64,000 nt of DNA from an uncultured Desulfobacterales bacterium (GTDB lineage: Bacteria; Desulfobacterota; Desulfobacteria; Desulfobacterales; B30-G6). Shown here in pieces: positions 1 through 9,721 of the stretch. Positions within the stretch are counted from its first letter, which is position 1. Every line of letters begins with the position of its first letter. The stretch is taken from NCBI GenBank assembly GCA_964452555.1, contig CAYVMI010000006.1, forward strand, positions 9,880 to 73,879, in the 5' to 3' direction. The position numbers were made by a program, and so were the translations under genes. The notes below the pieces were generated by a model. The model was given only the letters and a program-made list of their open reading frames with translations. It had not been told where the DNA came from and did no database searches.

Positions 1-660
1 GGCGTGTCGAATATTCAAATTGAAGTTGAAAACCTTACAAATCTACCGGTAATTGTTATAAATACACATACACATTTTGACCATACAGGAGACAATTTTC
101 GGTTTCAAAACATTGCATGCTTTGATGATAACTTTGAAATTGAAAATTTGAACAAAGGTCATAGTAATCAGTTTTGTAGGGCTTTCATGCAACCAGGATC
201 TTATCAAAATCTTCCTTTGGGTTTTAAGCCCAACGATTACAAAATTAAACCATCGAAAATCACCAAGAAACTAAAGCATCTAGATCAACTTGATATCGGA
301 GATCGGGTTCTGATTATTCATCATACTCCTGGCCACAGTCCTGGGAGCGTATGCATTGAGGACAAAAAACATGGCTTACTATTTACAGGTGATACATACT
401 ACAGAGGTACCATTTTTTTACATCTTCCGGGATCGAGTTACGGGAAATTCGTGGAGTCCTGTGCGTATTTAAATAGCTTTATTCCTAAAATTAAAGCTTT
501 GTGTCCTGGTCATAACGAGTGTTTTGCTCCAAAAGACGACATCTCTTTTTTGCATGAAACCATCAACGATATCAACCATGATCAAATCAATTTGGACGTA
601 AACAATGAGTCAAAATTTTACCAATTTGACCATTTTAATCTCAGATTACCATTAACTTAA
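1..660 (+). CDS. MBL-fold metallo-hydrolase, 5' end probably cut by window edge
   Basis: ORF 4..660 with the frame open to base 1. HTHFDHTGDN (HxHxDH) and HHTPGHSPGS motifs match the metallo-beta-lactamase fold. Confidence 0.8.
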   Translation, partial: GVSNIQIEVENLTNLPVIVINTHTHFDHTGDNFRFQNIACFDDNFEIENLNKGHSNQFCRAFMQPGSYQNLPLGFKPNDYKIKPSKITKKLKHLDQLDIGDRVLIIHHTPGHSPGSVCIEDKKHGLLFTGDTYYRGTIFLHLPGSSYGKFVESCAYLNSFIPKIKALCPGHNECFAPKDDISFLHETINDINHDQINLDVNNESKFYQFDHFNLRLPLT

Positions 661-772
661 CAGTAAAATTTCAGCGACCAATAAAAAAGCGAGCCCATCA
701 AGTGCATTCAGTTAACAGGCCGGCCCGCAATTGATGCCGGCGTTAGATTTTTAAGTATATGAAAGAATCCAT

Positions 773-1321
773 ATGAAAAAGAAAGATGCTGTTTTTATTT
801 GTTTAAGAATAATGGGTATCTTTTTTGCCCTAACAGGGCTTTCTTTATTGCCACACTTCCTTGAAAGTTTAACGGCACAAAGAATGGATCAATGGAGTTT
901 TTTCGTAAGTCCGTTAGTGCAATTAATTATTGGCATTCTTCTATATATTAAAGCCTCGAAATTTTCTGTTTATTTTGCAGACTGCAGAAATGATGACGAC
1001 TCCTATATTGATCTTAATGCCACAGACAAAACGATGAAAATCGCATTACGATTATTAGGTTTTTTTATTCTGGCAAACGCTATTCCACATTTTTTTCAAA
1101 TATTAGTTAATGCTGTTGCTTATAAAGTGGAGATCTCCACGGTCCCAAAACATCTGCGTCAAGTGCAACAACACTGGAGATATATTGCGGCCCCGACAAT
1201 AAAAATTCTCATCGGCTTTTGGTTCATATTCGGGATCAATGGCATTATTGGAATAATGAGTCGATTTGATCAAAAAGATAGAGAACTGGACAAATCAAAC
1301 AATGTTAATATACGTCCCTAA
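773..1321 (+). CDS. hypothetical integral membrane protein
   Basis: 182-aa ORF with several long hydrophobic segments (IMGIFFALTGLSLLP, LLGFFILANAIP, ILIGFWFIFGINGIIGI). No recognisable family. Confidence 0.5.
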   Translation: MKKKDAVFICLRIMGIFFALTGLSLLPHFLESLTAQRMDQWSFFVSPLVQLIIGILLYIKASKFSVYFADCRNDDDSYIDLNATDKTMKIALRLLGFFILANAIPHFFQILVNAVAYKVEISTVPKHLRQVQQHWRYIAAPTIKILIGFWFIFGINGIIGIMSRFDQKDRELDKSNNVNIRP

Positions 1322-1415
1322 AAACCACGTGCGCTTCTCAGTTCGCCCGTTAAAATCAAACAATACTTTTTATTCAGATTGACAAATTATACCAAATAGG
1401 TATATTAAATATACC

Positions 1416-1676
1416 ATGAAGTTTGAATTTGACCCGAATAAATCGAAAAGAAATAAAAAGAAGCATGGGATTGATTTTGTTGATGCCCAAGATCTTTGGA
1501 GTGACATTGATTTATTAGAAATTCCTGCGAAAATTACCGATGAAGAAAGATTTCTAGTAATTGGTAAAATAAACGGAAAACACTGGACCGGGATTATTAC
1601 ATATCGCATTGAAAACATACGTATTATCTCAGTGCGGCGTGCCAGAAATGAGGAGATTGAGCTTTATGAAAGCTAA
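1416..1676 (+). CDS. brnT: BrnT-family (DUF497) ribonuclease toxin
   Basis: MKFEFDPNKSKRNKKKHGIDFVDA...EERFLVIGK...IRIISVRRARNEEIELY matches the BrnT pattern. An antitoxin gene overlaps its 3' end. Confidence 0.8.
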   Translation: MKFEFDPNKSKRNKKKHGIDFVDAQDLWSDIDLLEIPAKITDEERFLVIGKINGKHWTGIITYRIENIRIISVRRARNEEIELYES

Positions 1677-1896
1677 AGAATTAGACAAGAAATTTGATGA
1701 GGGAAAAAGTATCATAGAACATCTGGACCTCTCAAAGGCAAGACGACCAAACCAGGAGCAAAAACGGGTTAATGTCGATTTTCCTATTTGGATGATTCAG
1801 TCATTGGATAAAGAAGCCAAGCGTCTTGGGATTCCACGACAATCGATTATTAAAATTTGGCTTGCTGAAAGATTAAATAAATCCACTACTATATAG
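1666..1896 (+). CDS. brnA: BrnA-family antitoxin (CopG/RHH-like)
   Basis: The internal ATG at 1666 overlaps the brnT stop, and the track start at 1609 is probably too long. KRVNVDFPIWMIQSLDKEAKRLGIPRQSIIKIWLAERL is typical of BrnA. Confidence 0.75.
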   Translation: MKAKELDKKFDEGKSIIEHLDLSKARRPNQEQKRVNVDFPIWMIQSLDKEAKRLGIPRQSIIKIWLAERLNKSTTI

Positions 1897-1969
1897 TATT
1901 CGAACCAGTCGTTTCACATTGACCGGGAACCCGGGCCAGCCTTTTTTCATTTAGCAGAAGGAGAAAGAT

Positions 1970-2467
1970 TTGCTGTTCCGATTCACTCAGAAGTTATCCA
2001 AAAAGCTAAAATTTGGATCACTTAAACATTATGATCAGGATCCAGGGCCATTTCTTGAATGGTATGCTCATTTATTCTCTGCGGGTAGGGTTCAATACAT
2101 TATTACAACTGAAGCCAAGTCTCTTCTGAGCATTGTGATGTATGGTTGTGGCGTGACGGACGATAATCGATTTATAAGTCAGTGGCTAAGTTCTACCAAA
2201 GATTATTTGTCCGATATAGGTAATAATTTTGTTTTTAAGAATTTTATCGCACCAAATACGAGTGAATTCATCTATTCAAAAACACAAAGCAAATCCGTTT
2301 TAGGCTCAATGAACGATATGGTGAGTATGTCTAAATATATGATTCCACATAAAGACATGAGCCCTTGGGAAGTATCGGAATTCTTGAACGAAACACCCTT
2401 TAAAGCCATAGGCTATGATAGTCCAATTATTGCTTTCAGAAATATGAAAAGGCTTAAACTGGTATAA
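1970..2467 (+). CDS. hypothetical protein
   Basis: 165-aa ORF with a TTG start in an AT-rich accessory stretch. No motif that I can name with confidence. Confidence 0.4.
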   Translation: MLFRFTQKLSKKLKFGSLKHYDQDPGPFLEWYAHLFSAGRVQYIITTEAKSLLSIVMYGCGVTDDNRFISQWLSSTKDYLSDIGNNFVFKNFIAPNTSEFIYSKTQSKSVLGSMNDMVSMSKYMIPHKDMSPWEVSEFLNETPFKAIGYDSPIIAFRNMKRLKLV

Positions 2468-2471
2468 CAAA

Positions 2472-2858
2472 ATGCTTCGCCTGATAGCATGGACCATGAT
2501 GAATCGAATAATAATCGTTCTATTAATGCTCTCAACAGCATCCCTATCCTTGGCTAATGATAACGGGGGCAAAGTATTTTTTGGGAAAAACCTTGCCAAG
2601 CCCGCCAGTGAATACACCGACAGATTATATTTAAAAATTAACGATTCCGAAAAACTATATTTCAATAGGAAACACGATGGTCCGGTATTAGAGAATCTTG
2701 ATTTAAATAAAGATCATATGGTCAAGGTATATTTCGATGACGAGATCGGCAGCTCCTGGATATTGAACTTTTCCAAATTAAAGACCAAAAGCGTCATTAT
2801 CTGGCGTTCTGCCGGCTCATGGCGTATGGAGCCCATAGAAAAATCCCACAGCAAATAG
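2472..2858 (+). CDS. hypothetical secreted protein
   Basis: 128-aa ORF starting 5 nt after the previous stop. N-terminal hydrophobic signal-like segment IIIVLLMLSTASLSLAND. Confidence 0.45.
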   Translation: MLRLIAWTMMNRIIIVLLMLSTASLSLANDNGGKVFFGKNLAKPASEYTDRLYLKINDSEKLYFNRKHDGPVLENLDLNKDHMVKVYFDDEIGSSWILNFSKLKTKSVIIWRSAGSWRMEPIEKSHSK

Positions 2859-2954
2859 CACATAGACTTTGTTTTTAACGTTTTGAAATAAAAAAGATTT
2901 CGCTAAACTTATTATATATAAATTCGCCCCCTTTATCGTCCTAGAAAAAAATCG

Positions 2955-4448
2955 ATGAAACTTAGCAGAAGAAATTTTCTGAAATACAGTGGAACAGCAA
3001 TAGGCGCTGTATCCATTGGTGGCATCACTGCATGTGCAAAACATTCACCGGATTGGAAGCCCATCTCCTACCCCAGAATGGCCCTTTACAACGGCCACAT
3101 TTTTAATGGCATCGACAGCCGTCTCATCAAGGACCAGGTCGTCCTTATAAATGGCGGGACCATTCAATCCATTGAACCCAGAGGCGATCTCAGCGGATTC
3201 GAAAATTACCGCCTCATCGATCTACAAGGCAGAACCCTGCTGCCGGGATTGATAGACAACCACGTTCATATCACCGTCCCCTTTATGTTCGAGCCCAACT
3301 TCAATACAATCAGGGAAATGGATGATCAGATCGCGCTGAATTTCAGAGAATGCGTGATGAGCGGGGTTACAACCGTGCGGGATGTGGGCGGATTCCCGGA
3401 AAAAGTATTGAAATTCAAATCCTTAGCAGACACAAACAGAATTCCCGGTCCAAAAGTGGTCAGTTCCCTGTCACCTATAGCCGCTAGAAAAGGACCCATA
3501 CTGGGGGCACCGGAAAATGCCCCTTATTTCACCAATCCTCTGGTCAAGTGGCTCCTGGGCGGGAATTACGCCGAGCGTTGCGAAACCGTTGCGGAGGTTA
3601 CAAATGCCTGTGACCGTATGATCGAAAAAGGCGCTCAACTCCTGAAAACACTTCATCAGGATAGCTCCTATTCATACTATCCCCGGGCCCTGCCAAACCA
3701 TACCGTGGAAGGGTACAAGGTCATTATCGATAAAGCCGCCAATCAGGGCCTGAAAGCCGCACTGCACGCCCCCTTTGTGAGCGGGCTGGAATTGGGTGTA
3801 GACCTGGGGTTCGACACCATGGAACACATGCCCCACGACAGGCTCATCCCCAAAGGCCTCGTTGATCAATTCAACCGGAAGGGGATGGCCATGCTGCCGA
3901 CCATCCTGGTCTTCCACGATACAGTCATCGAAAAACAGCTGCTTAACCTGGTGCAGGCCAAGGGCAACAGCTTTCTTACGCCGGAAGCGGTCAAACAGGT
4001 CACGGACAGGATGCAAAAGTCCCTGGGGCTTTACGAATTAAATTTAAGCAAACAAGAGAGGAAACACCTGAAATTCGATCCCTGGTACATCAAAGATAAA
4101 ATCCCAAACATGTTCGCCAACCTGAAGCGGCTTTATGACATGGGTGCCAAGGTTGGGGTTGGCTCCGACATGGGGGGATCCTATCTGGCGTATTTCAACC
4201 GGTATGTGGATGAACTGAAGCACTATGCTGCCGCTGGAATCCCTGTTTCGGACGTCCTTCAAATGGCAACCCGGATAAATGCCGATATCCTGGGCATGGG
4301 ATCCAAACTGGGCACCCTGGAGAAAGGAAAACAAGCCGATTTTGTGGCCGTGCGTGGAAATCCTCTGGAAAATCTGGCCGCCCTGGAACAGGTGGACCTG
4401 GTCATAAAAGATGGCGCCATTATCAAAGCCAAAGACATAACCACCTGA
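2955..4448 (+). CDS. amidohydrolase-family metal-dependent hydrolase, Tat-exported
   Basis: Twin-arginine signal MKLSRRNFLKYSGTAIGAV. LPGLIDNHVHI metal-binding motif and a C-terminal GSDMGG...ADFVAV pattern match the amidohydrolase superfamily. Confidence 0.8.
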   Translation: MKLSRRNFLKYSGTAIGAVSIGGITACAKHSPDWKPISYPRMALYNGHIFNGIDSRLIKDQVVLINGGTIQSIEPRGDLSGFENYRLIDLQGRTLLPGLIDNHVHITVPFMFEPNFNTIREMDDQIALNFRECVMSGVTTVRDVGGFPEKVLKFKSLADTNRIPGPKVVSSLSPIAARKGPILGAPENAPYFTNPLVKWLLGGNYAERCETVAEVTNACDRMIEKGAQLLKTLHQDSSYSYYPRALPNHTVEGYKVIIDKAANQGLKAALHAPFVSGLELGVDLGFDTMEHMPHDRLIPKGLVDQFNRKGMAMLPTILVFHDTVIEKQLLNLVQAKGNSFLTPEAVKQVTDRMQKSLGLYELNLSKQERKHLKFDPWYIKDKIPNMFANLKRLYDMGAKVGVGSDMGGSYLAYFNRYVDELKHYAAAGIPVSDVLQMATRINADILGMGSKLGTLEKGKQADFVAVRGNPLENLAALEQVDLVIKDGAIIKAKDITT

Positions 4449-4559
4449 AATGAAGGTGTATTTGATCTTTGAGCATCCTTGACAACTACTTAGCTAATTA
4501 AACCTTAATATCAAAAAAATGCTCAGACTAGCACCCGCCTAAGGAAAGTACAGGGATTC

Positions 4560-5342
4560 ATGGGAACCCATATCATAAGAAATCCGCATCTCACCTTTGT
4601 TCTTATCAAACAGGGAGTCGGCGATGAATATGCCGTAAAGAGACATTCCCACGAAGAGGTAACCATTGGTATCGTAGACAGTGACAGCAGCCCCATCACC
4701 TGTAAGGCCCTGGGCCTCCGGATGCTGCCCCATGAGGCCGTACTTTTTCCACCAGACACCATTCACCTATGTGAGCCCGATATCAAAGACCGCTTCAACT
4801 TCAGTATCATTCATATGGAACCGAGGTGGTTTCAAAATGTATTTAAATTGGATCCGAGCCATTTAAAGCCCAGGGTCCGGCATCTCAATAAGGACCTGGT
4901 GCTTGAAAAACAAAATTTTTTCTCCAAATTCCCAAAAATAAATGATCCCATAGAAGCTGAAAGCCATGCAATCCTATTTCTCGGAAAAATCCTATTAAAA
5001 ACTTTTCAGGCAAAACAGACTGACGAGGGAATAGAAACCTATCCGGATCTTGAAAAGGTCAAAGCATATATTGACGCTCATTATACTGACGCCATTGTAC
5101 TGGATGATTTAACAACAATTTCAGGCAGATCCAAATATGGGCTCCTGCGAAAGTTCAATGATCAGTACAAGGTAACCCCCCATGCCTATATGTTGAATAA
5201 ACGGATCAATCACGCCAAAACTTTGATTCGCTCAGGCCATACCATTGCTCGGACGGCCGTGGATTGCGGTTTTTTTGACCAAAGCCACTTTGTTAAGGCT
5301 TTTAGACAGTTTGTGGGAGTTAAGCCTGCAGACTTTCGCTAG
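4560..5342 (+). CDS. AraC-family transcriptional regulator (cupin N-terminal domain + HTH)
   Basis: The C-terminal region LDDLTTISGRSKYGLLRKFNDQYKVTPHAYMLNKRINHAKTLI...CGFFDQSHFVKAFRQFVGVKPADFR is a canonical AraC double HTH. Confidence 0.8.
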   Translation: MGTHIIRNPHLTFVLIKQGVGDEYAVKRHSHEEVTIGIVDSDSSPITCKALGLRMLPHEAVLFPPDTIHLCEPDIKDRFNFSIIHMEPRWFQNVFKLDPSHLKPRVRHLNKDLVLEKQNFFSKFPKINDPIEAESHAILFLGKILLKTFQAKQTDEGIETYPDLEKVKAYIDAHYTDAIVLDDLTTISGRSKYGLLRKFNDQYKVTPHAYMLNKRINHAKTLIRSGHTIARTAVDCGFFDQSHFVKAFRQFVGVKPADFR

Positions 5343-5596
5343 AAGGCATCTTAAAAATATCTTTTGCTGATCCGACGTAGGCGGATAAATCTCATGTGTT
5401 GGACTCGCATTTCAACTCCTCGATAATCATGTATATCTGTGGCTTGAATTCCGTCTCCGCCTTTTCCTTGGGCGCGATCTGGAACTTTTAAACCACTTCT
5501 AATGCATTCCTTCGAATCCCTTCTTTTTTTGCAATTTTTTACAATGCAGACAATTTTTACTTAGCTATGACTCCTCTTAAAAAAGGAGTCAATACC

Positions 5597-6217
5597 ATGG
5601 AATTACACATCTTTTTTGCTTTCGTTGTTGCCACGACCATTATGATTGCATTGCCCGGACCGAGTGTCCTTCTGACTGTCGCCCATAGCATCACCTTTGG
5701 CTGGCAGCGTGCCCTGGCCACGGTTGCCGGAGCCACCATGGGAATTGCCGTTCAGCTAATTATTGCCGCTATCGGTCTAACATCATTGTTAAATATTGTT
5801 GCCGCAGCATTTGAGTGGCTGCGCTGGACTGGCGCTGTCTACCTTGTTTATTTAGGGATTAAGCAATGGCGAAGCGCCAGTGAACCGCTGAAGTTTGACA
5901 CCGCCCCGATCTCAACGACCAATCTATTTATTCAAGGGCTGGTTATCACCATATTCAATCCCAAGAGCCTGATATTCATTGCCGCCTTTCTGCCGCAATT
6001 CGTGGATGCCACCCGCCCGCTTGGACACCAATTAACTGTAATAGTTCCCGTATTTTTGGTGATCACCTTTACGGTGACCTCTGTTTGGGCCTTGGTCGCC
6101 GGAAACGTAAGAATATTGCTGCGTAGCCGGCGTGCCGCTCAATCCGTCTTTCGAACTGCCGGCGGATTGATGGTGGTCGCCGGGCTAGGTCTGGCGCTGG
6201 CTCGCCGTGGCAACTGA
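5597..6217 (+). CDS. LysE/RhtB-family amino-acid exporter
   Basis: The ATG at 5597 follows AGGAG (5584-5588) at 8-nt spacing. MELHIFFAFVVATTIMIALPGPSVL and NPKSLIFIAAFLPQF motifs match LysE. The track start at 5567 is probably too early. Confidence 0.85.
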   Translation: MELHIFFAFVVATTIMIALPGPSVLLTVAHSITFGWQRALATVAGATMGIAVQLIIAAIGLTSLLNIVAAAFEWLRWTGAVYLVYLGIKQWRSASEPLKFDTAPISTTNLFIQGLVITIFNPKSLIFIAAFLPQFVDATRPLGHQLTVIVPVFLVITFTVTSVWALVAGNVRILLRSRRAAQSVFRTAGGLMVVAGLGLALARRGN

Positions 6218-6447
6218 ATCGAAGACGAGCAACCTCCCAACAAATTATAAATTGCGCATTAGCTTTTGCCTTGTTATGTGTATCTGCAGGTCAAGAATCT
6301 TTCCAACAAGAAAGTTTTGATTCAAATCGCTGACATAAATTTTATTCGCCCTTTTAAAAATTAGCTAATAAGACGGTAGGTTGAAAAGGTTTAGGCAAAT
6401 TCTCTAAACGTCCCTTCATTCTTGAATATAGGAAAGGAAGAGGAGCG

Positions 6448-7062
6448 ATGGATCACAGCAAACTGCTAAGTAAAGTGCCGCTATTTTCAGAAATGAAGGC
6501 AGAGGATTTGGCCAGAATCTCTGAATCCGCCCTTGTGGTTAGTTATAATGACGGGGATATTATTATAAAAGAGGGGGCTCAGGATAGGCGTCTTTTTGTC
6601 ATTATTTCCGGAAGCGTTGAAGTCATAAAGAATCTGAACAGTAAAAAAGAAGCATCTATCGATTCATTCGGACCTCTAAGTTATTTTGGTGAGATGGCGC
6701 TGATTGACGATGAAGTCAGATCCGCTAGTGTGGTGGCTAGAGAAGCAACTAGCGTCCTTACCATTAATCATATGGATCTACGGCAGGAATTAAAACAGTA
6801 TCCGGATATGGCCGTTGAATTGCTTCAAATGCTCAGCCGGCGGATTCGCCTGATAGAAAAAACCCTGATCAATACACTGGGTTCTTTTCTACCCGTTTGT
6901 GCGAACTGCCGTAAAATCAGGGATGAAGACGGCATCTGGTCCTCAATGGAAGCATACATTTCAGAACATTCCGATACAGAATTCAGTCATGGTATATGCC
7001 CGAAATGTGCTGAGGTCCTTTATCCTGAATTTTACGCCGCACCACCTGAAACGTCCCAATAA
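6448..7062 (+). CDS. cyclic-nucleotide-binding domain protein with C-terminal Cys/His zinc-ribbon-like module
   Basis: cNMP-binding beta-barrel signature FGEMALIDDEVRSASVVA. C-terminal CANCRKIRDEDGIWSSMEAYISEHSDTEFSHGICPKCAE. Confidence 0.8.
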   Translation: MDHSKLLSKVPLFSEMKAEDLARISESALVVSYNDGDIIIKEGAQDRRLFVIISGSVEVIKNLNSKKEASIDSFGPLSYFGEMALIDDEVRSASVVAREATSVLTINHMDLRQELKQYPDMAVELLQMLSRRIRLIEKTLINTLGSFLPVCANCRKIRDEDGIWSSMEAYISEHSDTEFSHGICPKCAEVLYPEFYAAPPETSQ

Positions 7063-7104
7063 ATGAATTGTTCAACCACATCCGTCATATCCAGGTACTA
7101 GTTT

Positions 7105-7629
7105 ATGGCAATGCTCGACCCTAAAGAAAAATCATTTCGGTTTAAATTAATTGCTGTCATTGCCTGCTGCCTGCTGCTATTCGATGCTTTTTTTATGGGT
7201 GTTCCCATTTTTGGTTCCATAATTTTGATTTTCCTTGTTTTAGCATCGGGAATATCCGCCATAATTTTTCTTTTTCGCAATAAACGTATTTCCAAACTAT
7301 ACGCCATCAAAGCATTGATCTACTTCATAAGCTTTATAAGTATAATAGGCATATTCAAATTCAATACTTACATCGGTGAGCGAAACGCAAACATCCTTGT
7401 CAACGCCATAAATTCCTATCACGCCGATACTGGCATATACCCTGAAAATCTAGATCAACTGGTTCCTAACTATTTAGAAAATATACCAAATTGTGCTTAT
7501 CGGATGGGGGATAATAAGTACCGATATCACATCGATCAAGACAGGACCGATTTGATGTATACGAAAGTGCCACCATTCGGACGTCGTATCTACTATTTTA
7601 AAACAGCTGAATGGGTATATGTAGATTAG
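7105..7629 (+). CDS. hypothetical membrane protein
   Basis: 174-aa ORF with three N-terminal hydrophobic helices and a soluble C-terminal part. No family recognised. Confidence 0.5.
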   Translation: MAMLDPKEKSFRFKLIAVIACCLLLFDAFFMGVPIFGSIILIFLVLASGISAIIFLFRNKRISKLYAIKALIYFISFISIIGIFKFNTYIGERNANILVNAINSYHADTGIYPENLDQLVPNYLENIPNCAYRMGDNKYRYHIDQDRTDLMYTKVPPFGRRIYYFKTAEWVYVD

Positions 7630-7649
7630 AAGTGGTGTTAAAACCACTT

Positions 7650-8429
7650 CTAGCGTAATTGCCACTGGGGCACACGCTTTTCGATAAAGGCGCTAACGCC
7701 CTCCTTGGCATCATCGCTGCTGCATAACCTCGCAAAAGCCTCGTTCATGTAGGCAAAAGATTTTTGATATTCCAAGTCGGCAGCTGTATAAAAGGCTTTT
7801 TTAGCGATCTGCACGGCTATCGGACTTCTTCGTGCCAGATCTTTGGCCCAGGCGCGCGTCTCCGCTTCGAGATCATCCTTGGGAACCACCCGATTCACCA
7901 AGCCCATTTCGGCAGCCCGCTCCGCTTTGATCAACTCCCCATATAGCAATAATTCCAGAGCTTTTTTACGCCCGACAGATTTCGAAACCGGCACAATCGG
8001 CCCCACGCAGTTAAGGCCCACATTGATGGCGGTTAATCCCATACGGGCATTGTGAGCCATCACCGCCAGATCAGCCGCAGCCACCAGTCCGGCACCATTG
8101 GCGGCGGCCACACCCTGAACTTGGGCAATGACCGGTTTACCGATTTGGCTGATACGCAGCAGGGGATTCTCCATGCGCTCGACCCATTCCCGGTATTCCA
8201 GTGTCGTTTTGCCACTGATTTCACTCACATCAATACCAGCGCAGAAAGCCCGGCCCGCTCCTTTTATTATAATTACGCGCACTTCCTTCTGTTGATCCAT
8301 GACTTGGAGAGCCTGGTCCAGTTCCAGAGCCATTTCGGTATTGAAGGTGTTCATCTGATCCGGCCGATTCAGGGTGATCCCACCCACGAAATCATCTCCC
8401 ACTTCAACAATAATATACTGATATTCCAT
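7650..8429 (-). CDS. enoyl-CoA hydratase/isomerase (crotonase) family protein
   Basis: VIIIKGAGRAFCAGIDV and the GxAAANGAGL oxyanion-hole region, at the 259-aa length typical of crotonases. Confidence 0.85.
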   Translation of the reverse strand: MEYQYIIVEVGDDFVGGITLNRPDQMNTFNTEMALELDQALQVMDQQKEVRVIIIKGAGRAFCAGIDVSEISGKTTLEYREWVERMENPLLRISQIGKPVIAQVQGVAAANGAGLVAAADLAVMAHNARMGLTAINVGLNCVGPIVPVSKSVGRKKALELLLYGELIKAERAAEMGLVNRVVPKDDLEAETRAWAKDLARRSPIAVQIAKKAFYTAADLEYQKSFAYMNEAFARLCSSDDAKEGVSAFIEKRVPQWQLR

Positions 8430-8875
8430 AGATATCTCCTTTTAGCGGTGCTGTGTGACGCATTATTAAAGACGGCCTTATGTGCAATGTCCGGACGCCG
8501 ATTGGGGTGAACAAATCATTCCATTAGAAATATTTGACACCGGAATAATACTGATTACTAATTACCTCAGTTGAATGTAACCAATACTGAGATATTGAAA
8601 TGGTTGTTAAAAAACTATGTAATTTAGTTCATCCTGGTAAATAATTACACATTTCGATGGTACTCAATTACATAGGCTCAGAACCATCAAGTTACAACCG
8701 GCATAGAGTATTAGAAGCCATCTCAAAATACGTTAACTTATTAGGGCTGCCAAATTAAGCGGCTCAAAATGCTTATATATTAAATGGATGCTCCGGTTTT
8801 TATATGTCCTGCCCCTTGCCAGAGGACCAATTCGTTATTTTGAGATAGGTTGTAGAAAATATTTGTTGGCTAAAA

Positions 8876-8891
8876 TGGCATCATATTTGCT
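8876..8891 (+). promoter_or_regulatory. candidate sigma-54 (-24/-12) promoter
   Basis: TGGCATCATATTTGCT fits TGGCAC-N5-TTGCW with correct GG/GC spacing, 45 nt upstream of the ATG at 8936. A single-site match could be chance. Confidence 0.35.
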
Positions 8892-8935
8892 GATTCATAT
8901 AGGGTGTTACTAAATTTCAGCTAATGGTGTGATTT

Positions 8936-9568
8936 ATGGAAAGCATAAAAAATATACTGGTTACCTTGCTTATTTTCAGCCTGCTTTCGGTTCCCGAAGC
9001 CATCAGCAGCCAGCAAAGTGGCCGTTTAAATCTTGGGGATCGATTCGTACACCAGGTCATGATGCCGATGCCGTCCCAAGTTGCCGGGTCAACCGCCCAG
9101 CAGATCGGACTGTCTCAAATTGGCTCAGGTGTCTCGCTTTACCTGGGCATGCCGGACCGACTTTTTACTGATATTATTGAAAAAGCAGCTGAACGGCACC
9201 AGGTTGATTCGGCGCTGGTCAAAGCCATTATCATGGCCGAATCCCGCTATAACCACCGGGCGGTTTCCAAAAAAGGTGCTCGCGGTTTGATGCAGCTAAT
9301 GCCCCGCACGGCAAGATCTTTGGGTGTTCGCGATCTGTTCGATCCCGAAGATAATATCAACGGCGGCGTCCTCTATATGAAGAAGCTGCTCAAACGATTT
9401 AAAGGCGACACCAAGCTTGCTTTGGCCGCCTATAATGCCGGAAGCCGCTATGTTCGCCATTACAAGGGTGTTCCGCCCTTTCTTCAAACTCGTACATTCA
9501 TTAAAAAAGTCCTGAAATATCATCGCCTTTATAAAACGGATCAGATGACTTTAGCTGACATCGTCTAG
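8936..9568 (+). CDS. lytic transglycosylase (SLT domain), secreted
   Basis: Signal-like N-terminus, then AIIMAESRYNHRAVSKKGARGLMQLMPRTA and AYNAG motifs of SLT family 1. Confidence 0.85.
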   Translation: MESIKNILVTLLIFSLLSVPEAISSQQSGRLNLGDRFVHQVMMPMPSQVAGSTAQQIGLSQIGSGVSLYLGMPDRLFTDIIEKAAERHQVDSALVKAIIMAESRYNHRAVSKKGARGLMQLMPRTARSLGVRDLFDPEDNINGGVLYMKKLLKRFKGDTKLALAAYNAGSRYVRHYKGVPPFLQTRTFIKKVLKYHRLYKTDQMTLADIV

Positions 9569-9721
9569 CAGTGGTTTAAAAACCTTTCCTCTGGCCCAAT
9601 CTCGGCGTTGGGGCAGAACATTTAATGCTCAAAAAACTCAATGTTTTCCTGCGCGTAAATAACCCGCCCCACCTTGACCTTGAACCCGATTAAAGATTTT
9701 TAAAACAACTGCGTACAACAT

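Noticed and set aside
6215-6217. Possibility that TGA is globally reassigned (code 4/25-like)
   Set aside because: Many well-delimited genes end at TGA at their expected lengths (e.g. LysE 6215-6217, the hdrA-like gene 60847-60849, the GNAT 21631-21633). TGA is therefore a normal stop.
8052-8510. 152-aa plus-strand ORF
   Set aside because: It is antisense to the well-supported crotonase gene 7650..8429, and its translation has no recognisable motif. A shadow ORF.
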